DNA of 32,000 bases, from positions 59,323-91,322 of the forward strand of contig CALVIG010000004.1 in the NCBI GenBank assembly GCA_944329425.1, read 5' to 3'. Of this stretch, positions 1 through 9,009 are shown piece after piece; the stretch's first letter is position 1; every line of letters starts with the position of its first letter. Position numbers and translations under genes: made by a program. The DNA comes from an uncultured Bacilli bacterium (lineage in GTDB: Bacteria > Bacillota_I > Bacilli_A > RF39 > UBA660). The notes beneath the pieces are model-generated. The model did not search any database, was not told the DNA's origin, and saw only the letters and a list, made by a program, of their open reading frames with translations.

Positions 1-201
1 TAATAAAGCTATCATTCTAGCTCTTTTAATTTGTTGTGCAATATGTCTTTGGTGTTTTGAGCAAGCTCCAGTAACCCTTCTTGGTAAAATTTTACCTTTT
101 TCATTTATGTATTTTTTTAATATTTCAGGTTCTTTATAATCAACGCTTTTACCAGCACACATTTGACAAACTTTCTTTTTCTTTCTAAAAAATTCTGCCA
201 T
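1..201 (-). CDS. rpsR: 30S ribosomal protein S18 (3' end runs off the window start)
   Basis: Hand translation of the reverse strand from the ATG at 199-201 gives [67 protein letters not shown]..., which is S18-like (GKILPRR.TG...QR.L..AIKRAR..ALL). It completes the conserved rpsF-ssb-rpsR operon. It is absent from the ORF track because it is truncated. Confidence 0.9.
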   Translation of the reverse strand, partial: MAEFFRKKKKVCQMCAGKSVDYKEPEILKKYINEKGKILPRRVTGACSKHQRHIAQQIKRARMIALL

Positions 202-222
202 TAGTATTCCTCCTTATCATAA

Positions 223-699
223 TTAAAATGCGATATCATCATCACTTATCTCTATACTACTACCAAAATCTGCAAACACATCATCAGAAACATTAGTTTC
301 TTTTTGAGGTTCGCTTTCTTGAAAATCCGCAGGTGAAACATTATTAGTCTCATCAGTTGAAACGTTCATAGAATTACCAGAATTTCTAGAATCAAGGAAT
401 TGAACTCGGTCTGCTACAACTTCTGTAACATATACCCTTTTCCCATCCTTATCTTCATAATTTCTAGTTTGAATTCTTCCATCTACCGCTACTAAAGAAC
501 CCTTAGTAACGTATTTTTTTATGTTTTCTGCTTGCTTTTGGAAAGCAACGATGTTAATAAAATCCGTATCTCTGCCACCCTGGCTATTAGTATATTGTCT
601 ATCAATCGCAATCGAAAAATTTACTATTGCAGCATTACTAGATGAATATCTTAGCTCAGGATCCCTTGTTAATCTACCAATTAAAAATGCTTTGTTCAT
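223..699 (-). CDS. ssb: single-stranded DNA-binding protein
   Basis: N-terminal OB fold (MNKAFLIGRLTRDPELRY...) and acidic C-terminal tip DDDIAF. ATG at 697-699 preceded by a GAGGAAG RBS. Lies between rpsF and rpsR. Confidence 0.95.
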   Translation of the reverse strand: MNKAFLIGRLTRDPELRYSSSNAAIVNFSIAIDRQYTNSQGGRDTDFINIVAFQKQAENIKKYVTKGSLVAVDGRIQTRNYEDKDGKRVYVTEVVADRVQFLDSRNSGNSMNVSTDETNNVSPADFQESEPQKETNVSDDVFADFGSSIEISDDDIAF

Positions 700-719
700 T
701 TTTACTTCCTCGTTTCTTA

Positions 720-1004
720 TTAATCTTCTTTTACAATTATGTGACGAATAACATCTTCACTTATTAACGCTAGACGATCAAATTCATTAATCGCTTTTGC
801 ATCATTTGATTCAATGTTAAATAAGAAATAATATCCAGTTTTAAAACCTTTTACTTCATATGCTAATTCTTTTTGCCCTAAATCTTTTGAAGAAGTTATT
901 GTAGCACCATTATCTGCTAAAATCTTTTCAAAACTTTTAGCAACTTCCTTTATGGCGTTTTCTTCAAGATTTGGTCTAACGATGAACATAATTTCGTATT
1001 TCAT
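720..1004 (-). CDS. rpsF: 30S ribosomal protein S6
   Basis: MKYEIMFIVRPNLEE... is a typical S6 N-terminus. GGAGGA RBS upstream. First gene of the rpsF-ssb-rpsR operon. Confidence 0.95.
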   Translation of the reverse strand: MKYEIMFIVRPNLEENAIKEVAKSFEKILADNGATITSSKDLGQKELAYEVKGFKTGYYFLFNIESNDAKAINEFDRLALISEDVIRHIIVKED

Positions 1005-1094
1005 ATTATATTTTCCTCCTCTTCTGGTCTATTCGGCTCTTAATCTTGTTAAGAGCAAGAGAGTAAATTCATTTACTCGCTTTGTATTATAACA
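1005..1094 (-). promoter_or_regulatory. rpsF promoter (extended -10 TGTTATAAT, plus-strand 1086..1094) and structured 5' leader with two hairpins
   Basis: Minus-strand leader: ...gagtaaa-tgaa-tttactc... and gctcttaa-caaga-ttaagagc (plus 1041..1061), then GGAGGA and ATG. This is the position where S6:S18-binding autoregulatory leaders are described in other bacteria. Confidence 0.35.
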
Positions 1095-1122
1095 AAAAAG
1101 ATAGGTATTGTAAACTATCTTT
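1094..1122 (-). terminator. rho-independent terminator after the 377-aa orphan gene
   Basis: Stem aaagatag (1097..1104) pairs with ctatcttt (1115..1122) across a 10-nt loop. A T-run follows on the minus strand. Confidence 0.6.
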
Positions 1123-1149
1123 ATTTAATTATAATTTAATTATTTTATT

Positions 1150-2283
1150 TTATGTTTCTTTTTGTGAGTTAAACGTTATTATTTTTGCAGGAATCTTTCC
1201 TTCTTCTTGATTTATGTATCCATCATCACAATCTAAATTTTCATCTATAAACAAATCATGAGCTTTTTTTAGAGCCAAGTTGCAAAATTTTATATCAACT
1301 ATATTTTCGCTGTCTGAAAGATCTCTACTATAATCGGCATCAAAATAAATTTGAGAAGTTCTAAAAGAATAATAATATAAATTATCTTTAAATACTTGAG
1401 CAAGATTCATTCTTCTTATTACAAATTCTTCAAGTTGCGTTTCGGTAAAACTTGGCTTTATTTTAGCATCATCAAAAAGTTTTTCTATATATTCTTCAAA
1501 GATGTCTACTTTATTAGAATTATTACATCTAACAAAGGAATCCCAAATATTATATATTCTTTTTAAATCAGCTTTTATTTTAGTTAAAAGATCTGTATGA
1601 CATGATAAATACCAAGATAAATTTAAATCATGTTTAGAAACATAATTAATTATAAAAGAATTAATGTTTTTATCTTCAAGTTCACTTTTATCCTTAGCTA
1701 TTCTATGAATAAGCATTTCAAAATTATGCTTTTTATTTCGATAAAAAATTTCTTCAATACACTGTTTAGCATAGTAATCCAGTATTATGTATCTACTTTG
1801 AAACATATACTCAAAGTAACAAAAACCCAATCCAAAATTATTATTTTTTTTGACATCAGAATTACTTTCATGTGACGCCAAAAACTCTACTAACAATCTG
1901 TTATACATAGCTTTATTTAACAATATAAATTTATCAAATTTGCCATTTTTAGAACTTGATAGTAAACCTTCCATTATTATTGCTAATTCTACGCAATTAG
2001 CGTCTATTTCTTCAGCTTGATTATTATGCTTTTTTAAATAATCATCCGCCAGCATAACAATAAAATCTTTATCATTCTGAAATTTATATATCATAAATTT
2101 AATAAATTCATAATCATCTTTAACTTTTGAAGAACAAAATTCATACATTTTTTTATCATTTGTTTTATCAATAACTTGCATCATAAATTGAGAATCATTT
2201 TCTAATTCCTCAACATCATATTTGTCTATATCATTACCTTGTACATAGTCTTCAACCAATTTATCATCATACATCTTTTTCAT
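1150..2283 (-). CDS. hypothetical cytoplasmic protein (377 aa), no domain recognised
   Basis: Long ORF with an ATG and a GGGGAG RBS, its own TATAAT-like -10, and terminators on both sides. No TM segments or catalytic motifs recognised. Confidence 0.7.
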   Translation of the reverse strand: MKKMYDDKLVEDYVQGNDIDKYDVEELENDSQFMMQVIDKTNDKKMYEFCSSKVKDDYEFIKFMIYKFQNDKDFIVMLADDYLKKHNNQAEEIDANCVELAIIMEGLLSSSKNGKFDKFILLNKAMYNRLLVEFLASHESNSDVKKNNNFGLGFCYFEYMFQSRYIILDYYAKQCIEEIFYRNKKHNFEMLIHRIAKDKSELEDKNINSFIINYVSKHDLNLSWYLSCHTDLLTKIKADLKRIYNIWDSFVRCNNSNKVDIFEEYIEKLFDDAKIKPSFTETQLEEFVIRRMNLAQVFKDNLYYYSFRTSQIYFDADYSRDLSDSENIVDIKFCNLALKKAHDLFIDENLDCDDGYINQEEGKIPAKIITFNSQKET

Positions 2284-2323
2284 TTTAAAACTCCCCTTTT
2301 AAAAATGTGATTATAATAACAAA

Positions 2324-2351
2324 GAAAAAAAAGAAAGTCAACAAACTTTCT
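2324..2351 (-). terminator. rho-independent terminator of ychF
   Basis: agaaagt (2332..2338) pairs with actttct (2345..2351) across a 6-nt loop, followed by T8 on the minus strand. Confidence 0.65.
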
Positions 2352-3448
2352 TAATTATTAAACCTAAACAAGCAAACATCACCATCTTGCATAACGTATT
2401 CCTTGCCTTCGCTTCTAAGTTTTCCCGCTTCTTTAGCTCCTTTTTCACCATTATACTTTTTATAATCTTCAAAAGATATTACTTCTGCTCTAATGAATCC
2501 TTTTTCAAAATCACTGTGAATAATTCCCGCACAAGCCGGAGCTTTCATTCCCTTTTTAAAGGTCCAAGCCCTAACCTCTTTAGGACCAGCCGTAAAATAA
2601 GTTTGAAGACCTAACAAATTATAAGAAGCTTTTATTAACTTATCTAAACCACTTTCTTCTATGCCCAATTCCTTTAAATATTCTTTTTTCTCTTCATCAT
2701 CAAAACCACTTAATTCTTCTTCTATTTTTGCACATAAAGTAATTACTTCAGAATTATCTTTATCAGCATATTCCTTTACTTGCTTTACATATTGATTTTC
2801 TTTTCCAATTTCATCTTCTTTTATATTAGCCACGTATATAACTGGTTTCATCGTAAGAAGATTAAAAGCCTTTAATAATTTTAGCTCATCTTTATCATAT
2901 TCTAATTTTCTACAAGGCACGTTATTTTCCAAAGCTTCTTTTATTTTTTTTAACAAAGCAACCTCTTTTAATGCTTCTTTATCCTTAGTAGAAATAGCTT
3001 TTTTTTCTATTTTTGCTAATCTGTTATCAACAACTTCTAAATCGCAAAAAATAAACTCTACTTCAATTATTTCGATATCCCTAACCGGATTAGTACTACC
3101 TTCAACGTGCGTTATGTTGGCATCATCAAAACATCTTATAACCTCAACTATCGCATCCACGTTCCTTATGTGAGATAAAAACTTATTACCTAATCCTTCA
3201 CCATTAGAAGCTCCCTTAACCAAACCTGCTATGTCGGTAAATTCAAACATTGTTGGAACTAAGCTTTTAGGTTTAATTAATTCGTTTAAAAAATCTAACC
3301 TTTTATCTGGTACCATTACCATACCAACATTAGGCTCAATGGTAGCAAACGGATAATTTGCTGCTAAAATATTTTTTTTGGTTATCACATTAAATAACGT
3401 TGATTTACCTACGTTTGGTAACCCGACAATTCCTGCTGTAAGCCCCAC
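2351..3448 (-). CDS. ychF: ribosome-binding ATPase YchF (Obg-family GTPase)
   Basis: MGLTAGIVGLPNVGKSTLFN P-loop, TGS/YchF C-terminal domain, 365 aa. GTG start with a GAAGGAAG RBS. Confidence 0.95.
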   Translation of the reverse strand: MGLTAGIVGLPNVGKSTLFNVITKKNILAANYPFATIEPNVGMVMVPDKRLDFLNELIKPKSLVPTMFEFTDIAGLVKGASNGEGLGNKFLSHIRNVDAIVEVIRCFDDANITHVEGSTNPVRDIEIIEVEFIFCDLEVVDNRLAKIEKKAISTKDKEALKEVALLKKIKEALENNVPCRKLEYDKDELKLLKAFNLLTMKPVIYVANIKEDEIGKENQYVKQVKEYADKDNSEVITLCAKIEEELSGFDDEEKKEYLKELGIEESGLDKLIKASYNLLGLQTYFTAGPKEVRAWTFKKGMKAPACAGIIHSDFEKGFIRAEVISFEDYKKYNGEKGAKEAGKLRSEGKEYVMQDGDVCLFRFNN

Positions 3449-3507
3449 AAAATCACTTCCTTCGCCTATGTATTATACCATTTATAAAATCTCGTGTAAA
3501 TTATGAA

Positions 3508-3536
3508 AAGAAAAAACAGTAAAAATATACTGTTTT
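3508..3536 (-). terminator. rho-independent terminator
   Basis: aaaacagta (3513..3521) pairs with tactgtttt (3528..3536), followed by a T-run on the minus strand. Confidence 0.6.
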
Positions 3537-4632
3537 AATATAATTTAACCAAAACTGCTATTAAAGCACCAGATATAATTCCTAATAAAATTACCGACCA
3601 CAGCAAGCTAATGAACGCTGCCTGTTTTTTTCTTTTCTGCCAAGGTGCTTTTGGCACCATGGCTTGGCCTACTTCTTTATCGATATCATCTTCTTCTTGA
3701 ATTACCTCAGGATCATTTTCACTTTTTTCCTCTTTATTTGGTTCTTGAGATTCATTTTTTGTATTTTGATAATTATTATCCGGGTTGTATCTATAGCCCG
3801 TTTCGTCTAACGGCTTTAAACTATAAACGTTTATTCGTCTACCATCTTCGGTAACATGGTTTTTTACGCTTAAAGTTTTAGTTTCATCCTTGGATGGATT
3901 ACTTTTATCGCATATAACAACGATGTTTTCAGAAGGTGAAATATAAATTTTTTTATTAAGTATTTGTAGTAAAGTCTGCACTGGTTTTGTACTCAGTTCT
4001 CTTTTTACATCGTCTGCTACCGGCAAACTAGAAACCAAAGCTCTAACAGTCCCATACACCCTTTGTTTTTCTTCGTGTGATAATTTTTTATATTCAGTTG
4101 AAGTCGAAACATCTTTAATATCCATCATGTTTATTTCTATACAATCTTTTACCAAAGATTGTTCAAAAATAGACGTTGCGTTAATAACACCATCAACACT
4201 CATAGCACCTTGGGATTGTAAGATAGACTCAAACCTTTCTTTTCCCGTTTGGTGAGGATTAGTTCTATTTTCAATAATTCTTACAACATCAGAAGGATAT
4301 GGATAACGTATTTTTATATAACTTTTCCCATCTTTTTCAAAATCGGTAACGTTTTCTAAAGAAAGAGTATACTCCGTTTTTTTAGTAACATTATCTTTTG
4401 ATATATCTTCTTTTACTTTTTCATCAGTAGCTAACATTTTTTGCAAAAAGTTCATATCAAACCTAAGTTTATTAATCTCTTCATGAATTAAACCATATGG
4501 CCTGACGTCATTTTTATATAAATTATATAATTTATCCTTTTGCTCAGAATTTTTTAATACGCCATCGTTCAATAATTTTTGTAGTGCCAAATCAAGAGAT
4601 TTTAATTCAAACTCACTTTTCAAATTAATCAC
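3535..4632 (-). CDS. hypothetical tail-anchored membrane protein with an acidic linker (about 365 aa; start uncertain, GTG 4632 or TTG 4623)
   Basis: Single C-terminal TM helix (AAFISLLWSVILLGIISGALIAVLV) preceded by an E/D/K-rich low-complexity segment. No recognisable domain. Confidence 0.65.
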   Translation of the reverse strand: MINLKSEFELKSLDLALQKLLNDGVLKNSEQKDKLYNLYKNDVRPYGLIHEEINKLRFDMNFLQKMLATDEKVKEDISKDNVTKKTEYTLSLENVTDFEKDGKSYIKIRYPYPSDVVRIIENRTNPHQTGKERFESILQSQGAMSVDGVINATSIFEQSLVKDCIEINMMDIKDVSTSTEYKKLSHEEKQRVYGTVRALVSSLPVADDVKRELSTKPVQTLLQILNKKIYISPSENIVVICDKSNPSKDETKTLSVKNHVTEDGRRINVYSLKPLDETGYRYNPDNNYQNTKNESQEPNKEEKSENDPEVIQEEDDIDKEVGQAMVPKAPWQKRKKQAAFISLLWSVILLGIISGALIAVLVKLY

Positions 4633-4701
4633 CTCTATTTTAATTATAGATAAAAGTATTTAATTATCAAATTAAACGAAATAAGAATGTAAATTAAAAG
4701 T

Positions 4702-4725
4702 AAAAAATGCAGTTATTGCATTTTT
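4702..4725 (-). terminator. rho-independent terminator after the AbgT-family gene
   Basis: aaaaatgca (4703..4711) pairs with tgcattttt (4717..4725) across a 5-nt loop. Confidence 0.55.
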
Positions 4726-6265
4726 AAACCGTAGGATATATACCAGGACCTATAGGTAAACCTATTATATACCAACAAACTATCATAAATATCCACATAC
4801 CTGCTATTACCGCAAAATATGGTAGTATTAACCTATAACAATTTCTAATACTAAAGTCATTTTTGTTTTTTGTATAAACTTCTATAAAACCAATAAAGAT
4901 TACGAAATATGAAAATAACGGAGTTATACAATTCGTAATTGAATCACCAGCTCTAAATACTAATTGTGCAAATTCAGGTGTAATATTAGCCTTCATCACT
5001 GACGTCATTATATTAGGGGCCATTATTGACCACTTAGCAACTGGTGCTGGCGTAAGAATATTCGCTAGCATGGTAACAACTAATACTAGCAAAATAAGCG
5101 GTATAAAGGAAAAATCAGACGCAGCTATTAAATTTGATAATGTTCCAGTTACAACAACTCCTAAATTTGATTCTTTAAGAATAGCGCACAATTGAGCTGC
5201 AAAAAATACTAATACGAATATTCCCCCAATGCTTTTTAAATAATCTGTTGAGAAATTCACCATGTCACGAATTCTTTTTATCGTACCAGTTATAACGCCA
5301 AAGACAAATCCTTGAACAGCAAATAACATTGATATAATACCAACCAAATTAGTCATTAAAAGAGCATCACTCGAAAATAACATTTTAGGATAAGTATCTT
5401 GAGATTTATCCAATAGTAATCCAATAAAACCATCTTTACTTGAAGGAATAATCATAAGAATTATTGGTATCAAAAAAATTATGGTTGCAATTAAAACTCC
5501 TATTAAACCCTTTTTCTCATCTTTTTCATCAAGCATTAATTCATCGTCTTCGTCTATGTTATTTCTGCCTAATTTTCTTGAAACTATCTTTTCGGTTATA
5601 AACGTACATATTGAAGCGATTAATAAAGCTGCTACGATAACAAAAATTAAATTACTACTTTGTGAAACAGTATATTCTGTATCAAGTAATTTTGCACTTG
5701 CTTCAGTATAACTAGATAAATTATAATCCAGGGAATTTATGAAAAGTCCTGCTCCATGACCAGAAGCAATCGATGCAAAACCTAGGGCCAAACCACCTAA
5801 TGGGTTTCTGTTCATACTCATGAACAGAACTGCACCAAAAGGAAGCAATAAAACATAACCAACGTTTTCATCAATACTTAAAACTATGCACAATAATGAA
5901 TATAAAAACACAATTAAAAACTTTGGTATTTTTTTAGTTAATTTATTAGATAAAGTTTTTAAAAAACCAGATTTTAGTGCTATACCAAAAGCAATGGCCG
6001 CAATTAATAAAGCACCAAAAGGAACAAATGATATTAAATTATCATACGCTGATGTTATTAAAAATTTTAATCCATCCAAACTAAGAAGAGAATTAACAGC
6101 TACCGTAGTTGTTTCTACCTCGCCCGCTATTGTTGTTAATTTATCATAGGTAACCTGAAAATTCAGTGCATTAGCAATTCCACTAATTAAAATAAGCAAA
6201 ATTGACATATATATAAAAAACATGACGGGATGAGATGATCTTTTTGCTTTTTTATCTTTAATCAT
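4724..6265 (-). CDS. AbgT-family transporter (p-aminobenzoyl-glutamate/antimetabolite exporter family)
   Basis: 513-aa polytopic membrane protein. VAVNSLLSLDGLKFLITSAYDNLISFVPFGALLIAAIAFGIALKSGF matches the conserved AbgT N-terminal block. GGAGG RBS. Confidence 0.7.
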   Translation of the reverse strand: MIKDKKAKRSSHPVMFFIYMSILLILISGIANALNFQVTYDKLTTIAGEVETTTVAVNSLLSLDGLKFLITSAYDNLISFVPFGALLIAAIAFGIALKSGFLKTLSNKLTKKIPKFLIVFLYSLLCIVLSIDENVGYVLLLPFGAVLFMSMNRNPLGGLALGFASIASGHGAGLFINSLDYNLSSYTEASAKLLDTEYTVSQSSNLIFVIVAALLIASICTFITEKIVSRKLGRNNIDEDDELMLDEKDEKKGLIGVLIATIIFLIPIILMIIPSSKDGFIGLLLDKSQDTYPKMLFSSDALLMTNLVGIISMLFAVQGFVFGVITGTIKRIRDMVNFSTDYLKSIGGIFVLVFFAAQLCAILKESNLGVVVTGTLSNLIAASDFSFIPLILLVLVVTMLANILTPAPVAKWSIMAPNIMTSVMKANITPEFAQLVFRAGDSITNCITPLFSYFVIFIGFIEVYTKNKNDFSIRNCYRLILPYFAVIAGMWIFMIVCWYIIGLPIGPGIYPTV

Positions 6266-6452
6266 TTTGAACCTCCAACACCTTTTTAATCTTTTTGTTT
6301 AAGTCTACGCGCGGTATCATTATCGTTCTACCACACTGTTCACATCTTATTTTGATGTCAACGCCTACCCTTATTATCTTAAATTTATTACATCCGCAAG
6401 GATGATTTTTTTTCATTTCTACCGTAGAACCTAAATCATAACTATTTTTCAT
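6258..6452 (-). CDS. DUF951 family small protein (YyzM-like)
   Basis: 64 aa with paired Cys motifs (HPCGCNKF...CEQCGR). Sits in the conserved position near ychF/parB as in Bacillus. Overlaps both neighbours, consistent with translational coupling. Confidence 0.8.
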   Translation of the reverse strand: MKNSYDLGSTVEMKKNHPCGCNKFKIIRVGVDIKIRCEQCGRTIMIPRVDLNKKIKKVLEVQND

Positions 6453-7248
6453 GATGAACCTCTATTTGCTGATAAGGAATCTTAATTCCGTTTTTATCTA
6501 AAGAATTTTTAAACTCTCTTTTCATTTGTCTTTCTACTTCAAAATGTTTAGCAGGTTTACACTTTCCCACCAATCTAAATATTACCGCAGAATCAGAAAG
6601 TTCTTGAACCCCTAGCAATTCAATTTCTCCAACTAAAGCAGGTATTTTATCTTTTAAAGTGGCCGCGGTTACCATAAGTATTTTTTCCACTTTTTCTATT
6701 TTGGACTCATAACTGATGGGTATATCAACAACCGCTAAAGTCTCGTCCATACTATAATTAATAACCTCAGTTATATTTCTATTAGATATTATCTTAATTT
6801 CACCTGTATATGCTTGTAACCTAGTTGTTTTAAGCCCTAAAGCTATAACGGTACCTTCAAAATCCCCAATTTTTACCAAATCACCAACAGCAAATTGATT
6901 TTCAAAAAGGATTGATGTACCAACAAGTATATCTTTTAAAATATCTTGAAAAGCTAGTCCTATTACCAAGCTAGCAACCCCTAATCCAGTTATAATTGCA
7001 GCAGTATTAATACCAAACACGCTAAGAATTGATAAAATAGCAATTACCCAAACAACGTACTTAATAACATTGCATAATAAACTTCTTATAGTTCTTAATT
7101 TTCTAGAATCAAACCTATGATGTTTCTTGTTTGGATTGAAAGTTTTCTTTACGATAAATTTTAAAAACTTTTCAACTACTATTGCAATTAAAACAATGAT
7201 TACTGGTAAGTAAACTTCTTTTGGAATGATAATACCAAATAATTTCAT
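6442..7248 (-). CDS. mechanosensitive ion channel, MscS family
   Basis: Three N-terminal TM helices followed by GDLVKIGDFEGTVIALGLKTTRLQAYTGEIKIISNRNI, the MscS beta-domain signature. Confidence 0.85.
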   Translation of the reverse strand: MKLFGIIIPKEVYLPVIIVLIAIVVEKFLKFIVKKTFNPNKKHHRFDSRKLRTIRSLLCNVIKYVVWVIAILSILSVFGINTAAIITGLGVASLVIGLAFQDILKDILVGTSILFENQFAVGDLVKIGDFEGTVIALGLKTTRLQAYTGEIKIISNRNITEVINYSMDETLAVVDIPISYESKIEKVEKILMVTAATLKDKIPALVGEIELLGVQELSDSAVIFRLVGKCKPAKHFEVERQMKREFKNSLDKNGIKIPYQQIEVHHEK

Positions 7249-7258
7249 GATAATCCCT

Positions 7259-8155
7259 CTATTCTACCTCTATATTTAAAATTTCTAATATTCTATTAAG
7301 ATCTTCTTTAGTAGAAAAAGAAATTTTTATTTTATTATCCGAAATAGAAACCTTAGTTCCTAATTTTTCCTTCATAGCGTTTTCAACATACTTATACTCT
7401 TTACTTTTTGGTGCTTTTTTAACGGGGATAGCCCTCAAAAATGAATTAGACTCCGCTAAATTTTCAAGCTCCCTTACGCTTAGGTTTTCTTTTATGATTT
7501 TATCAGATAATTCCATTATTTGAGCTGGATCTTGAAGTTTACTTAATACCCTTGCATGACCCATGGAAATTTTATTGTGTAAAACTTCATTTTGAACTGA
7601 TAATGGCAATCTAAGTAAACCAAGCATATTAGTAATATGGCTCCTTGATTTTCCTAGCCTTTTTGCAAGTTCATCTTGCGTTAAACGCATAGCTTCTATT
7701 ATTGATTTGTAAGCCTTCGCTTCTTCTATAGCAGTTAAATCTTCCCTTTGTAAATTTTCTAATAAAGCAACTTGCATCATTTCATCATCAGTGAAATCTC
7801 TTACAATTGCTGGAATAGTAGTTAGACCTGCAATTTGAGAGGCCTTAACTCTTCTTTCACCCGCTATTATGTTATATCCTTTAACACTTTTTTTAACAAT
7901 TATCGGTTGAAAAACGCCATGTTCTTTTATTGACTCAGCTAATTCTTGTAATGCAGAATCATCAAATATTTTTCTTGGCTGATATGGGTTACTCATCAAA
8001 TCACTTATGTTTACCTGGATGATTTCATCTTTAGGCGTAGTATCAACTATTTGTTTTTCTACCTTATCAAAATCAAGCATTTCTGAATTAAATAACTGTT
8101 CTAAGCCCATCCCTAACGCTCTTCTTTTATTGTTCTCTTCTTTCATTATGTTCAA
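7259..8155 (-). CDS. parB: chromosome partitioning protein ParB/Spo0J (start either TTG 8155 or ATG 8146)
   Basis: ParB box IIAGERRVKASQIAGL and an HTH (QDELAKRLGKSRSHITNMLGLLRL). Directly downstream of parA. Confidence 0.9.
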   Translation of the reverse strand: MNIMKEENNKRRALGMGLEQLFNSEMLDFDKVEKQIVDTTPKDEIIQVNISDLMSNPYQPRKIFDDSALQELAESIKEHGVFQPIIVKKSVKGYNIIAGERRVKASQIAGLTTIPAIVRDFTDDEMMQVALLENLQREDLTAIEEAKAYKSIIEAMRLTQDELAKRLGKSRSHITNMLGLLRLPLSVQNEVLHNKISMGHARVLSKLQDPAQIMELSDKIIKENLSVRELENLAESNSFLRAIPVKKAPKSKEYKYVENAMKEKLGTKVSISDNKIKISFSTKEDLNRILEILNIEVE

Positions 8156-8921
8156 TTACCTCCTTAGCTAAATTAAGGTATGCCTCCGTTCCACGACTCA
8201 TTGGATCATATGCTATTATTGGTTTGCCATGTGATGGCGCTTCAGTTAACCTTATTAATCTTGGAATAAGCGTGTTATATACTCTTTCTTTAAAAAACCC
8301 CCTTATTTCTTCAACAACTTCTAAACCCAAATTTGTTCTAGAGTCTAACATCGTAAGTAGTACTCCTTCTATTTCTAAACCTGGATTAAGTTTTTTTTGT
8401 GCCAACATTATTGAATTTAGTAATTGCATTATTCCTTCTAATGCAAAAAATTCACATTGTACGGGTATTAAAACCGAATTAGCCGCCGTTAGGGCGTTTG
8501 TTGTTAAAAGTCCAAGAGATGGTGGACAATCGATTATTATAAAATCATAATCATTTATGATTGGTGACAAAGCTATTTTAAGCTGCATATTCTTTTGAAA
8601 CTCAGGATTCTGCTTACTTTTTTCTATAAGTTCTATATCTGCTCCCGCTAAATTTATCGTAGCTGGTATAATACTTAAATTTTTAAAATTAGTTCGTATT
8701 ATAGCTTGATTTGCATTACATCTACCAAGAAGTAAATCATAAATACTCTTATCCACGTCGCCTTTATTAATTCCAACTCCCGTTGATGCATTACCTTGAG
8801 GATCCAAGTCAATGAGCAAAACTTTTTTATTTTGCACGCCCAAAGATGCAGATAAATTAATACTTGTTGTTGTTTTTCCAACGCCGCCTTTTTGATTTAC
8901 TAAAGCAATTACTTTGCCCAT
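8127..8921 (-). CDS. parA: chromosome partitioning ATPase ParA/Soj
   Basis: Deviant Walker A (NQKGGVGKTTT). ATG at 8919-8921 with a GAGGGGAAG RBS; the ORF-track start at 8939 is probably too far upstream. Confidence 0.9.
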   Translation of the reverse strand: MGKVIALVNQKGGVGKTTTSINLSASLGVQNKKVLLIDLDPQGNASTGVGINKGDVDKSIYDLLLGRCNANQAIIRTNFKNLSIIPATINLAGADIELIEKSKQNPEFQKNMQLKIALSPIINDYDFIIIDCPPSLGLLTTNALTAANSVLIPVQCEFFALEGIMQLLNSIMLAQKKLNPGLEIEGVLLTMLDSRTNLGLEVVEEIRGFFKERVYNTLIPRLIRLTEAPSHGKPIIAYDPMSRGTEAYLNLAKEVIEHNERREQ

Positions 8922-9009
8922 TATTACACTTCCCCTCACTACTCGTGTATTATTATTTTAACATCTATATTCTATCAAAAAAAAACTTTTTTTTAAAGAC
9001 TTAATTAAC

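Noticed and set aside
7259-8155. parS site (TGTTNCACGTGAAACA) expected in or near parB
   Set aside because: I scanned for CACGTG, GTGAAAC and GTTTCAC cores in this region and elsewhere in the window and found no convincing 16-mer. A computational scan allowing mismatches is needed.
8699-8881. 60-aa minus-strand ORF inside parA
   Set aside because: It is an alternative frame of the parA coding region, with no RBS and a nonsensical composition.
8977-8994. A9-C-T8 tract downstream of whiA as a terminator
   Set aside because: It could only form a pure A:U hairpin with a minimal loop and no GC stem. This is low-complexity sequence and not a confident intrinsic terminator.
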